64,000 nt of DNA from Guillardia theta CCMP2712 (taxonomy: Eukaryota; Protista; Cryptophyta): positions 364,006-428,005 of the forward strand of contig NW_005434672.1 in NCBI RefSeq assembly GCF_000315625.1, written 5' to 3'. Shown here in pieces: positions 36,415-49,400 of the stretch. Position 1 is the stretch's first letter. The number at the start of each line of letters is the position of its first letter. The translations under genes and the position numbers were made by a program. Under the pieces are notes generated by a model. That model saw only the letters and a program-made list of their open reading frames with translations, made no database searches and was not told the origin of the DNA.

Positions 36415-38327
36415 GCTAGCAATGCCCTGACAATGACCAAGATGCCAGCGGAGATCTTAGAGTCAATCTTCATACGTAAGCGCCTGCCCTCGCTTTCCCT
36501 CGGGCTGACGGGTGTTGTCCCTGCTTGTCTTGCCAGAGCTGATGATCAAGCTGGAGGGACGAAGCCCCTTGCTCACATCAGAGGAGGAGGACGAGGACAA
36601 CCGCTCCTGTGCTCACTTCGTCTTCTGGCTCTGCTCCAACACGTGCGTGCCCCTCTCCTGCGGTCCTGCTGCTGACGTTACCCGTCCTCTTGTTGCCCTC
36701 AGGTGCAGAAAGTGGAACTCGGCTTGCAAGAGCCTGACGGTGCTGAGGAGAGTCAGCCTAGTTGGCCTCCCACTGTTCCGACCGTGCTGCAAGAAGGAGG
36801 AAGCAGGAGAAGAGGACCAGCTCTCCCCCTTCTCGTCCTCCAGCACCCTACCCGACCCCAGGATCGAGCAAGTCCTCAGGAGGCTGGCGGCTGCGGGGAA
36901 CGTAGGGGCTAAGTTCTTGCTGGGGCTCTATCTCTCTCGTCAGAAGACGTTTGCTCTGCTATGCGATGAGAGTGAGTTTGTCCTCCTCCTCCTCCTCTCC
37001 TCCTCCTCCTCCTCCTCCTCCTCCTCCTCCTCCTCCTCCTCCTCCGCCTTAAATTTTCCAACAGGTCGGACGAGCAGCCTGCAAGATCGGCAGATCCTCG
37101 AGACATTTGAGGAGGGGATGCGACTTCTTTGGTCTGCAGCCGATGAAGGGCACGGGAACGTGAGCGGCTGCAGGAGGGCCATGCAGAGCTCGCTGACGAC
37201 TTGCGCAGGCGATGTACCACCTGGGCATGCTGGCGTTCGGAGGGACAGACCAGAAGCTCCGATGCAAAGTGAACGGGGGAGAGGTTGTCGGAGCAGAGCT
37301 TGCGCAAGCGGAGGAGAGAGCGATGGAGCTCTGGGTAAGGCAGAGGAGGATGGGAGGAGGAAGGGCGGCAGGATGAGGACGGCCGGGATATTGCGGCAAG
37401 GGAAGAACAGCGATGTTTATTGATTGTTGGATGTTGCAGCAATCTGCTGCAGAGTTGGGACACCTCGAGGCCAAACTGATCGTCGATCCGGATTACCGCC
37501 TGAGCAGGTAGTCATCAACATGTTTCAACCTGCATGTGAAGAAGTCGATCATATTGTGGATGTTGCAAGAAGGCTGTGCTCAGTATCTGTCTGTGTTGCA
37601 AACTTGACTCCTGTTGAGCTCTGCCTCTCCACCTTGGCTACTGCAATCCTGACCCGACATGGTGGCAGTCTGCAGGAGGTCGAGAGTCAGCTGACGCAAG
37701 AGGAAGCTGAGTACCGAAGTTGGCGCCTCTGCACCGGCAACAAGATGATCAAAGAAGCACAGGTTTCCTCTCCTTCCTCTCTGCTTCATCCACTCATCGA
37801 CGATCCCTGCCCTTTCCTCCCTCTTTCATTTCCATTCGTCGTGCTCATCGTACAACATTCCCACTCACGTCGTCACCGCAGAGGCCTCGGAACTTCTTCT
37901 GCAAAGCTCGTGAATGCAGCTACGAACAGTGTGGGATGTACACGGTGAGAGCAGCAGAAACGAGGAGGAGGATGTATCTGTGACGAGTTTGTAGCTCCTC
38001 TGCGAGTTCAAGCAGTGTGCAGGGTGTGCGACTTTGCTGAAGAAGAGAAGATAGTGAGACGCTTGCTTCTTCGTCTTGTCTTCTTCCTTCATCTGCCTCT
38101 CCTTCCCCTTCCTTTTCCTTTCTCCTCCTCCTCCCTCCCTGCCCCCTCCCCCTTTCTCTCCCCTGCTTCTGCCGCTTTCTTGTGCTGTTGTAACCCTGTG
38201 CCTAGCTGCAACCGGGCGTGTCAGAAGAGGGACTGGGTACGCGATCGTGCGGAGAGGAGGAGCAGAGGGTTGACGGCGATGTTTGCAGGTCCAACACCGC
38301 ATCTCCTGCGGATGGTTCGGGGTGTGA
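36220..38327 (+). CDS. F-box / Sel1-like / MYND zinc finger protein
   Basis: PolyQ, F-box-like MTKMPAEILESIF...CRKW, Sel1-like LAAAGNVGAKFLLG and SAADEGHGN-AMYHLG, MYND-like CSYEQC...FKQCAGC...CNRACQKRDW-VQHRISC. Confidence 0.75.
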
Positions 38328-38427
38328 TGAGCCAGAGATCAGAAAGTTGTAAAGTGAAAGAAAATTGTAGAAGTGCAGGCAGCTATCTGAGGAAAGCTGT
38401 CAGCTTGATATTCTTACTTGAACCTTG

Positions 38428-39133
38428 TTAAAGTCGATGAATGAGCCCCTCCCTCTTGCCTCCTCCTCGCTTCCGCCTCCTCCCCACTCCTCTCTCCCCC
38501 GCCTCCCCTCCCCCTCCCCTTCTTCTTCGGCTTCTTCTTTCTCTGAGGGGGCGTTGACTGGAGGAGGAGGACGAAGAGAGTCTTGGCTGACTTCCGCAGC
38601 AGCTGCGCAACCATATCAGGAGAGTCGAGGAGTCATCCGCCTTCACCTCTCGCAGGCAGCCCGACGACAGCAGCCGCCAGCGGCACTGGTACAAGCTCCT
38701 CCGCCAGCTCTCCAGAGTCGTGGACGGAGACGAGCCTTGCTGTTGGCCCGAGGCATCACCTCTGAGCTGGGCTGAAGGGGAGAGGGAGAGATTGACTGCG
38801 TCTGCGAGCATCCGCTGCTTCGTCATCCTCCGATCCTCACGCAGGAGCTGACACTCCTTCTCCAGCCTTGCCACCTCCTGCCTCAGACTGTTTCGTTCGC
38901 TGTTGCTTTCCTGAAGGCTCGTACGTAGGACGTTGATGTCGTTCATGAGTTGAGAACATTGCTGAGCTGATATGAGAAGGCAAGGCAAGACAAGACAAGA
39001 CAAGACAGCAGATGTGAAAAAGTTCTTATCTCACCTGTTGTCGAACGCGAGCGAGGACTTCTGCTGGACTGTCGTGATGTGAAGAGCTCTTGTTGTTTGG
39101 GCTGCACACTGCCGTTGCAAGTCAGAAAAGCAG

Positions 39134-39188
<55 letters not shown>

Positions 39189-39850
39189 CCTGATTCGCTA
39201 TTTCTCAATCTCATCAGGACAGTGCGCTCACCTCCCCCGGGCCTGATGCTCCACGAGCTTCTTTCCGTCGCATCTCTCCGGTCTATCATCCCAGTGAGCG
39301 AAGTTAGACTTCAACATGCCTCACGACCAGCCGCGTGATCAGGAGCGGCATCGCTGGCATGCGAGCCCCTGCTCTGATCCCTGCTCGCCGACTGTCTCTC
39401 CTCATCCTTGGGCTCCCTCACGCTCTGCTGCTGCAAAGCCTTGCTCAGCTCGTACAGGAGGAGCCGCTTCTCCTCTCTCTCCTCCTCCAGCTTGACGTTC
39501 ACATCCTGCAGCCTCTTCATCATCGCCTCGCACTGGCAATGTAGAGCTCCGTAGCTGCTTCGCATGGCCGTCAGCCTCCCGAACATGCGCTGGAGGCATC
39601 GGACGACCGCGCTCTCCGACATCTCCAGCTGGACGATGATGTCTCCCATCTCGCTCTCCCTGTCTTCCTCCGCCGGCCCCGCCGCCCTTGCAGAGTGGTC
39701 AAGGGCCATGCTGGAGGAAGGAGAGCGGCCGACGCTGAAGGGGCTGAGGTTGCAGATGCTGGCCTCGTTGGCGACGTCGAAGTCCTCGTAGTCCAGGAAG
39801 GACATCTCGAACTCGAAGCTGCTGCTGTCGGCAACGTCTGCGGTGCCCAT
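38428..39850 (-). CDS. Coiled-coil hypothetical protein, multi-exon
   Basis: Heptad-rich exons (MMKRLQDVNVKLEEEREEK, LRQEVARLEKECQLLRE) separated by GT-AG introns. The 3' end is uncertain. Confidence 0.5.
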
Positions 39851-40484
39851 GGCGGCAGAGCTCGTAGCAGTCAAGGAGAGGATGTCTTGCCGATGATCCA
39901 AGAGGGCGACTGTCTTGCTGTCAGATAAAACAAGAGCAAGTGTCAAGATTTCATCTATCGATCTGCCCTGTCAGTGATCGTGACGTTTCGTCTCTGGTTG
40001 TCTCTAACTCCTTCCTGCATTCATTTTCCTCCTGCCCTCTTCATCTCATTCCAACCTCGCTACTGTATGTCAGTGCCACCACCACCGACACCATCATCTC
40101 CTCCACTTGGTACCCTCCTTTGCTCCCTCCCTCCCTCCCACCTTCCTTTCCCTCGTTTTCATCTCTCCCTCTCTCGTCCTCCCTCCCTCCACCCCTCCAT
40201 CCATCCATCCATCTATCTCTCTCTCAATTTCTCTTCCTCACTCCCTCTCCCTCTCCCTCTCCCTCTCCCTCTCCCTCTCCCTCTCCCTCTCCCCTCTCCT
40301 CTTCTCCCTCCCTCCCCTCTCTCCCTCCCTCCCTCATTCTTCCCGGGGCCTTCTATTCTTCCGACTGAGCATCAACCATCATCGGCGTAGCACCGCCGCC
40401 CTAGCTAGGACTCCGACCGAAACCGGCATGACCCTACCCCCCCGATAACTGCTCGGTTACTGTCCTCTACCTCCTGAGACTCGG

Positions 40485-40572
40485 TGTCCTCGTACTGATT
40501 CCGTAGACTTAACTTTGAGTAAAGAAACCCATCTCTTTACTCAAAGTTAAGTTAAAAATCAGTACGAGGACA
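40485..40572. repeat. Inverted repeat / hairpin element
   Basis: Perfect 19-bp arms 40507-40525 and 40534-40552 with an 8-nt loop, plus perfect 16-bp outer arms 40485-40500 and 40557-40572. Confidence 0.9.
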
Positions 40573-41159
40573 ATCAGGAGAGTCAGTCGAGGAGGCTTGA
40601 CCCTGACACTGTCGCACAGGCCAAACGGCGAGAAGAGAAAAGACAGCGAGAACCAAACCCAATCCTGCCGACTGCTGTCCCCCAAACTTAACTGATACCT
40701 TCTCAGTAAAACTGTGAGTACCGATAGTGGCGGCCGGGCCGCCCGGCAGCTGGGCCCCCCGGGGCTGGCAGAACTCAGCCGGCCAGGCCCGGGGACCGCC
40801 CCGCGTTCAGTGTGCTTAGCATCCGGGCCCAGCGGGACGCGCGCGGTCACCCCTGGCCGACTCCGAGGGCCGGGCCCACTCACGGTGGCACGGTGACTGC
40901 GGCGGTGCCCGGCCGATCATCCGATCATGGCGTCCGACTCTCGGGGCCGGGCCCCGGGCCCAGGGCCCAGGGCCCGGTGACCATGGAAAGTTCCCCGACA
41001 ACAAAACAACTACCCCTCATTTGAATCACCCCTACCCACATTATGGTTGGGACTACCATCCTTCATCCCCTATATTTATATGATTATCACCCCTACATTC
41101 GTTACCCCTACCCCCTACTTTCCTCGTTCGCTAGCCCGTGCGAGGTCCTCGCGAAAGTC

Positions 41160-43660
41160 ATGTCGGGCTTTGCATGGTGGGAGAACCGTCAGGCTGACGG
41201 TGGAGCAGCAGGAGCAGGAGCAGCAGCAGCAGGAGCAGCAGGAGCAGGAGCAGCAGAAGCAGCAGCAGGAGCAGGAAAGACAGAACACTCGGAGTCAGAC
41301 ACCGTCAGAGTTGATGAGTTGAGCTTGGAGCAGCAAGACCCCGATGTCGGAGGGAAGGTGGCGAAGGTGGAGCAGGATCAAGCGGTCAAAGGAAGGCAAG
41401 AAGAAGCTGGTCCAGAGTTTACAAGCACAGAAAAGCAAGGCAAAGCAGTAGAGGATTGGAAGGATGTCAGCGACGAGATGAAGGAAAGGCTGTCATCGAT
41501 GGGAATCTCCATTGTTGTCGATCCGATCAAAGGCAGATGTCTGCTGGCAAAGAAGCGCTTCCATGCTGGATCTCTCGTCCTCTCGCAGGAGGCCATGGCT
41601 CTTTCTCCATGTCCCGACGGCTGGGTGAGGAGGAGGCAGCACGCGCCCATGAGCTTCTGCCTGTTCTGTCTCAAGGGGAGTGACAACCTGAAGCGCTGCT
41701 CGAGCTGTAAAACAGCTTGCTACTGCTGTGCTGATCACCAGCGAAGTGACTGGAAGTTTCATGCGACTGAATGCAAACGGATGCGGGCAATTGGAGGAGG
41801 AGGAGGAGGAGGAGGAGGAGGAGGAGGAGGAGGAGGAGGAGGAGGAGGAGGAGGAGGAGGAGGAGGAGGAGGNNNNNNNNNNNNNNNNNNNNNNNNNNNN
41901 NNNNNNNNNNNNNNNNNNNNNNNNNNNNNNNNNNNNNNNNNNNNNNNNNNNNNNNNNNNNNNNNNNNNNNNNAAAGATTCCTCACCAAGTGCTCGAGGTT
42001 TCTCAAGATGTCAATGTTCGATTCTCTGCTTGAAAGGCATTTCACCGGATCTGCCTGCATCATCAGCTATGGAAAGGGGAGGAGCGTACACGGAAAGCGG
42101 AGAGTTTGTTGCACATGTTTGTGTAATCGTTTTGTTGATCGCAGTCAGTCTGTAGACGCAGAAGAGGAGTGAAGTTGACCCCTCTCGTGACCATGATGGG
42201 GAGGATCTTGGATCGCAGCAGCCGTCAACAGGCTGGGGGGGAGGAGGAGCAGGTGGGCTCGAGGGTGAAGGACTTTCATGCGCTGGCATCGCACTACGGC
42301 AAGCATGAGCAGGAGAGCATGGTCGGCTTCACGCATGTTGCTCTGTCGCTGAGGGAGTACATGATGGGAGACAGGAAGGCGAAGGAGGAAGAGGAGGAGG
42401 AGGAGGATGGTGGTGGTCTGAACATGCGGCAAGTGGTTGAGGACATCTGCCGTCTCTCCTCCAACTGCTACACGATCGTGGACGAGGAGGAGAGGGCGGT
42501 GGGGATCGGTTTGTTCCCTGTCGCTGCGCTGATGAACCACTCCTGCTCCCCTCATGCGTGCAGTCGTTCCGGGGGAGGAGCATGCAGCTGCGAGCTCTGA
42601 AGGACATCGAGGAAGGAGAGGAGTTGTCGCTCTCCTACGTTGACCCGGCGGAGCCGCTGGCCGTGCGCCAGGAGGAGCTGAGGAGAAGGTACTTTTTCTC
42701 CTGCTCCTGCTTCCTCTGCGCTGGGGAGGGAGCCAAGGCCGAAGACGAGGAGAAGACAAGAGTTCTTGCAGGCAGCAGCAGGGAGGCGGAGAAGAGGGTC
42801 GATGGCCTGCTGAGGATGGCGAGGGAGGCGGCAGGCGCGCCTGCTCGGCCGGAGACCGTGCTCGAGCAGCAGCTGGATGCGATCAAGGCAGCTGAGCTCG
42901 TGCTGGGACCTCATAATGTCAAACTCCTGCGAGCTCGAGAGGAGGCGCTCGCCGTTTCCATCGAGGTATGAGGAGAGGGAGGAGGAGAGTGAGGAGACGG
43001 GAGAAGAGGAACAGAATTGGGAGACGGGGAGAAGGAGGAGGAGGAGGAGGGAAGGGAACGAGGCGAGATAAAGGAAGAGATGATATGAAACCAGAGCATT
43101 TGAGACGAGACGAGACGAGACGGACGAGAGGAGATGAGAGGAGAAAGGTACTTAGGCTAGTAGGAAGTGTTGAGAACCAGGCGGTGGGAGACAAACATAA
43201 GGAGCAGCAGCGAGGAGGAGGCAAGGTGGGCACGGGAGGAGCAAGTAACAGGAGAGCAGGTGCAGAGCTGGGGAGTCGCAGACGAGCTCAGCAGTCGCAT
43301 CATCGAGAGCTACAGGAGGCTGTATCCCCCTGGCTTCCCCGTGGTAGGGGTGCAGCTGGCGATGCACGGCAAGATCAAGATGCAGCTCAACGGTGAGGAG
43401 AGGAGGAGGGTGAGAGGGACGAGGACAGGAGGAACAGGGGAGCAGGAGCAGGAGAGCAGGACAAGGAGGATGGGTTCTCACTTGCCAGCAGACATCCAGC
43501 ATGCTCGCGTGCTGCTGAGCGAGGGGATCGACATCCTGCGGAGGGCTCGAGGGGAGAAGAGTAGGATGATGGAGGAGGCCAAGAGTTTGCTGCAGGAGAT
43601 CGAGTGGGAGGCTCACGGCTACGGGGGCTTTTGCGAGGAGATGAGCAAGAATAGTGCAGA
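41160..43660 (+). CDS. SET and MYND domain lysine methyltransferase (SMYD family)
   Basis: KGRCLLAKKRF..G, MYND CLFC...CSSCKTACYCCADHQRSDWKFHATEC, GIGLFPVAALMNHSCSP, RALKDIEEGEELSLSY, YFFSCSCFLC, TPR-like tail. The end runs into a GGA tract and gap. Confidence 0.9.
41793..41872 (+). repeat. (GGA)n tract abutting an assembly gap
   Basis: Pure GGA run. Similar runs occur at 5452, 11450, 15277, 36983, 43661 and 55595. Confidence 0.9.
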
Positions 43661-43859
43661 GAGGAGGAGGAGGAGGAGGAGGAGGAGGAGGAGGAGGAGG
43701 AGGAGGAAGGAGGAGGAGGAGGAGGAGGAGGAGGAGGAGGAGGAGGAANNNNNNNNNNNNNNNNNNNNNNNNNNNNNNNNNNNNNNNNNNNNNNNNNNNN
43801 NNNNNNNNNNNNNNNNNNNNNNNNNNNNNNNNNNNNNNNNNNNNNNNNTCCTCCTCTCC

Positions 43860-46800
43860 TCCTCTCCTCCTCCTCCTCCTCCTCCTCTCGAGTCACCTGC
43901 CCGCCGAGCGAGTCGGACAGAACTCTGGTGAGCAGCGAGTTGCGGTACGGGATGTGGTGATCCTGAAGATGAGATGAGATGAGAGGGAAGGAGGAGACGC
44001 GGAAGCAGGGAGGAGGGAGAAGTGAGACAGGAGGAGGAGGAGGAGGAGGAGCAGAAGTGGGTTGGAGTTGCCGGGAAGTACGTAGATAGGAGAGAGAGGA
44101 GGAGACAAAGGTGAAGAGTCTTAGGGACAGGAGGCGGTGAGGAGAAGCGGGAAGCTTGAAGGACCTTGGACGACAGCGAGAGCATGACGTCATGGAGGGC
44201 AGAGAGGGAGCGATTGATCCCGATCGCCTCCTTGAGCGCCTTCCCCTCCGCTCCGCTCAGCGATACGTTCTCGCTTCCCGCCAGGTCCACCAGGTACATC
44301 TTTCCGCTCGTCCTCTCCCCCGTCCTCTTGTCCTGCCCCGACACCGCAAGCCGGACGAGCAGGTGGCTCCTGCTACTGTGCTCGTTCAGGTTGGTGGCTC
44401 CCGTCGCCCGGACGCTCATCCCCAGCTCCAGCAGGCCGATCCCCTTCTGCAGACTTTCCACCGCATGCTCCTTCAGCCCCTCCACGTGAACGCTCCCGTG
44501 CTTGTCGGTGCTGACCCGAAGCTCCTCCTGCTCCCCAACCCCGCCCGACAGCAGATCCTTGATCTTTTCGTTGTAGATCTCGAACATGGAAATCTTCACC
44601 TGTTCCTCCTCCGTCAGTTTCCTCCCTCCTCCCCCTCCTCCCCCTCCTCCATCTTCTAACCCTCCCCTCCTCCTGTACCCCCCCGCCTGCCCCCTTCCCC
44701 TCCCCTCCCTTCCCCTCCTCCCCCTCCCGCACAGTCGCACCCTCCTCTCCTCCTCCCTCCCCACCTGCAGGCTGACCAGCACAGCTCTCTCCTTCTGTGT
44801 GCGGAACAGGTCCTCCAGCATGCGGTACACCATCCCCCGGTGCTTGCCCCCTCCTCCTGTGATGGAGTACGTCTTGCCGCTCCCCGTGGGCCCGTAGGCG
44901 AAGACGCTCACGTTGTACCCGTCCACCACCGTCTGCAGCAGCGCGCGCGCGTCGTCGAAGAGCTCTTCCTGTGTGCTGAAGATCGCAGTGAGTGCGATGG
45001 CGGCGCGAGGGGAGGGAAACGGAGGGAGGAGAGGGAGGAGGATGATGCGAGGAGGGAGAGGAGTACAGAGAGAGGAGGGGAGGGAGCAGGACGAGGAGAG
45101 ATGGAGAGGGGGAGGGAGGAAGAGGGAGGAAGAGGAGTGAGGAGAGGGGGACGGGAACACGAGGAGGAAGAGGAGAGAAGAGGAGGTAGAGGGCTGGCAG
45201 AGAAATCCTTTCACCTCTTGGGCCCGTATGTCGTATCAAAATGAAATTCTTTGCTTCCTCCCTTGTCGAGGACGGAGAGCTGCCCGAGGCCTCGCAGATG
45301 CACGCAGCTCCCGTCCTCTTGCTCGACCTGGTAGGAAAGTGAGCAGGTGGTGAGCGGGAGGAGGAGGATGAGAAGCAGAGAGGAGGAGTGATCAAGAAAA
45401 GAGGATGCCAGAATGGAGCAGGAAGGTCCGAGAGGGATGAGGAGGGAGGCAGGAGAGCAAAGGAGGGAGGGAGGGGAGGGAGGGAGGTAGGAGATGTGGA
45501 GGAAGGAGGGAGGGAGGGAGGGAGGGAGGAAGGGGAAGGAGGAGAGGAAGGGAAAGGGGGGAGGAAGGGGAGGGAGGGAGGAAGGGGAAGGAGGGGAGGG
45601 AGGAAACCTGTCTCAGAGGACGGACTCTGCATAGAATCCTCATAGAACCCTTTAGGTTCTGCAGCTCCACGTTGAGCTTCCGGCACAGCTCAGCTGCCCC
45701 CCGGTACTTCCCCAGCATGTGCTTGAGCCCAGCGACCAGCTGCGTGCCCGAGAGCTTCTCTGCGTTGACCTGCGGGATCTGGAGATGAGATGGAGACAGT
45801 GGGAGAGGGAAGGAGAGGGAGGAGGAAGGATGAGGTAGGAGAGGTAGAGCATGGGAGAATAGACGACAAGGACGAGAAGGACGCGGAGGGGTGGAAGGAG
45901 AGAGAAGAAGAAGTAGGGAAGGGGGGGAGGGAGGAGATGAGTATAAGAGTAGAAGGAGAAGAGTAGGGGAGAAGAGGAGGAGAAGGGGGTAGGGAGAAGA
46001 ATCGATGAAGAAGGGGTGAAGTTGGAGTACGAGGAGGAGGACCTTCTCGGGCTGCTCATGAGGGAGGGGGAGGATGAAGCTGCAGTAGTTTCGCATCTCC
46101 ACGAGCATGGCGTCGCACATGCTCTGGACCGACTCGTTGGTGGAGAAGACGTGGGAGCGGAGGAGGAGGAAGCGCTTCCTGGTCTCCATCAGCTTCGGCC
46201 GCAGCCCCATCACCTGCCGCAGCACAGCCTGCGACTTGGAGGCCTTGGCCTCTTTCTCGAGCCTGAGAGCAAACAATCAATCCTCTCACCCTCCTTCTCC
46301 ACCGCATCCCCTCTCCAACCTCCTCGACTCCCGCCCTCCTCCCCCTCCCTGTCTCCTCCTCCTTCCCTTCCTCCCCTTTCCCCCTTGTCCTCCTTCCCAA
46401 CGCCTCCTCCTTGCCCTTCTCACCTGTTCACTAGGCTCTTCAGCTTCGAAGCTTCTCGCTTCTTTGCCTCGAGCCTCTCCTCTCGCTTCTTCGCCTCCTC
46501 CTGCTTCACCGAGAGCTCCGACATGGCAGAGTCCAGCTGCGCCTGCAGTCTCTTCGCCTCCTTCTCCATCATCGCCTTCTTGGCCTCCAACCTCTCCTCG
46601 CTGAGCTTCTGCTCCCTCCGACGTCAGAGCAGAGAGACATCGAGCAAGAGCTCGAGGATGCGAGGAGAGGAGGAGACAGCGCGGGGAGAGGACGGTGAGA
46701 GGGAGCGAGAGTAAGGAGAGCGAGGGAGGAGAAGACGAAGCAAGGAAGGAAGGAGCGGAAAGGGGAGCATAGCGGCAAGCGCTGACCTTCTCATATTCCA

Positions 46801-48295
46801 TCGTCTTGTCAAAGGATTTCTTCAAGCTGGTGATCTCGTGCTCGTGCTCGTTCTTCAAGCTCTCGATCACTTCCTCGAAGTGCTGCTTCTGCTTCTGCGA
46901 TCGCTCCTGCAGGCTCTCAACATGCTTCTGATGCTCCCCCTGCGACCTCTCCAACTCCTTCTCCAGCTCCTTGACCTGCGACAGCAGCCGTTCCTCCCTC
47001 TCCTTCTCTCTTGCTCGCTCCCTCTCCCTCTCCCTCTCCCTCTCCTCCGCTCGAGCCGCCTCCCTCTCCGCGTCCTCCTTCGCCAGCTGCATCTTCCTCT
47101 CCATCGTCTCGCACAGCTCCTCCACAAACGGCTTCAGCTCCTCCGCAGAAAGCTCCCCCGACCCGTCCTTATCATGCTTCACCAGAAGCGATTCCAGCTC
47201 AACCGAGGACAGCATCTTGACACGAATCCCCCGCAGGCTCCCGATGTTCTCCTGTATGCCCGACAGCAACCTCCTCTCCTGCTGCAGCTCCTTTCTCACA
47301 GCCTGCAGCTCTATCTCCCTGTCTTGCAGAGCATCGGCAGACTGCTGGAGGTCAAACTCCGCCTTCTCCTTCAACCTCTTCGCAGACCGGAGCTCCGACT
47401 GCAGCGCCTCCATCTCGGCCGACAGCCTCTCCTGCACCTGCTCCACGTCCCCACGGTCCCTCTCCATCGCCTTGAGCTTGCTCGCCAGCTGCTCCAGCTT
47501 CGCCTCCTTGTCCTTGAGCTTCACCCTCAGGTCATTCCGTTCGTCGATCACCGCCTCCACGTCGCTCCCCTGCCCCATCCTCCGCTGCAGCGACAGTACC
47601 TCTGACTGCAGCCGACCCGTCGCCTCCTCCTTCCTCAGGCTTTCATAGCGAGACCACACGGTCTCAAGCGCAAGCTCCACTTCCTGCAGCCTCCTCTCAC
47701 TCGACGCGTCCGACTTTCTCCCTCCCAGCTTCCCCTGCAGCTCCTCCATCTTCTCCCAGAACTTAGGGTCACTGATAGAGGACAGGTGCCTGGCATCCAC
47801 GTCCCTGGCTGCTTCCAATAGCAGGGCAAAGTCTACCCGTTTCCTCCAATCCTTCTCCTCCTCCTCTCCACCACCACTACCACCACCACCACCACCTCGC
47901 TGCTGCTTCGGTCCATTCATCTCCAGCACGTCGATGTCCGGGGCACCTTCGTCTGTTGACTCGGCCGTCGACTTCTTCCTCCCCTCGGGGTTGGAGGACG
48001 ACATCCCCGTCTTCTCACGGATGTAAGTGCCAAGCTCGCCGAAGTTGTACTCCTCCGCAAGCTCCCACGCCAGCTTCCCGTCCGCATTCTTGACCCTGAA
48101 GTCTACGTTCCGGCGCAGCAGCTCTCGGATGATGTTCTTGTGTCCGTTCCTTGCCGCGATGTGGAACAAGCTGTCTCCCTTCCCATCCCGATCGTTCACG
48201 GAGAGCGCTCCAGAGACCAGCGCATCCTTCACCTCCTTCGTCTTGCCCATCCGGACAAGTCGAAACAGCTTGCCCTTGTCGTCTGTCTCCTCCAT
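43860..48295 (-). CDS. C-terminal motor kinesin-14 with N-terminal ankyrin repeats, EF-hand and coiled coil
   Basis: Ank (DGKGDSLFHIAARNGH), EF loop DKDGSGELSAEE, neck RKLNVELQNLKGSMRILCRVRP, P-loop GPTGSGKT, NEHSSRSH, LVDLAGSE, HIPYRNSLLT. The C-terminus is lost in the gap. Confidence 0.88.
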
Positions 48296-49400
48296 GTTCA
48301 AGGCTTCAGCAGTTAGTCGTCATGCTCCCTGGACAGTTGTCTACATGCTCTCTGCCGCTGGCCTGTGCAGAACTCTCAGCACGTTGTCATGAACTAGAAC
48401 ACGTCATCACTCCGAAAACAAGACCCGTCGAGCTCTGACATTCAGCCATCACACTTTCGATGCTGTTTTCTACTTTGAAAACTACCACGAGGTTGCATGC
48501 GAACTCAGGGCAGGGACTAAGAGCTAAATGTTTCGATCACTCTCCAACTTTTCTCTGCTCTCCTACTGCTCACGATAAGGTGAAGATAACATCGCCGAGA
48601 AGCATCAAAGGCCTCTTGTCGGTGTTGCACATCACTATCGACACTGGCAAACTACTCTCTCACTTCCACATCAGGCTTCTTCTTCTGCCATCTCCTCTGC
48701 CCCAGCAGCACACCATCGGCTCCGTTATGGAACGCTGCTTGCAGTCAAGCTCCCTGCTCCATGGTTCGTGATTCACTTCAAACTCGTCTTGGCGCCCTTC
48801 CATTGCTCTCCGACATGTCCAGATCTGATGCCGTCCTATCCTACTTGATTCGACCCTCTATCTCCTGTCCTGCCATGCCCCGCAGTCATCCTTCACTTTC
48901 CTCCTCTACTTGCGTCCTCCTCTCCCCCTCTCCTTCTCTCCTCCTCTCCTCCTCCCCTCCTCTCCTTCCCTCTATCTACGACTTTGCCATACCAACGGCT
49001 CCAGGTTAGCACTACCCCTACCCAAATTTGCAAATTATCACCCTTGTTTTGGTATTGATGGTTACCGGTAGTCTTGGACAATTATTCTACCCCCACCCCT
49101 TTAATGGCCACATTCAACACTCAGTGAGGCGCACCCGGTTCACGGGAATGTACATCTGAGGACAGTGAGTGCCGGCATGGTTGGGGAGCACCGGGGGCAA
49201 TGGCGACGCGGCGATGGTTGCAGGAAAACGTAGAGCATGCAGAGCAGCGAAGGATAGCAGGATCAGCTGACACATCCTGTCTGTCCTGAGAAGATGCATG
49301 TCTCCTCGCACTTGTAGTCTCCGAGAACAGAACAGATCAGTTGTCATCAAGGCCGGGATTCAAAGGTGGTAGCTACCAGAAGGTAGGTTCAAGAGCAACG

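Noticed and set aside
44373-45686. 437-aa and similar Pro/Ser/Leu- or Gly/Arg/Glu-rich ORFs
   Set aside because: Read-through of stop-poor low-complexity introns and alternative frames of real genes.
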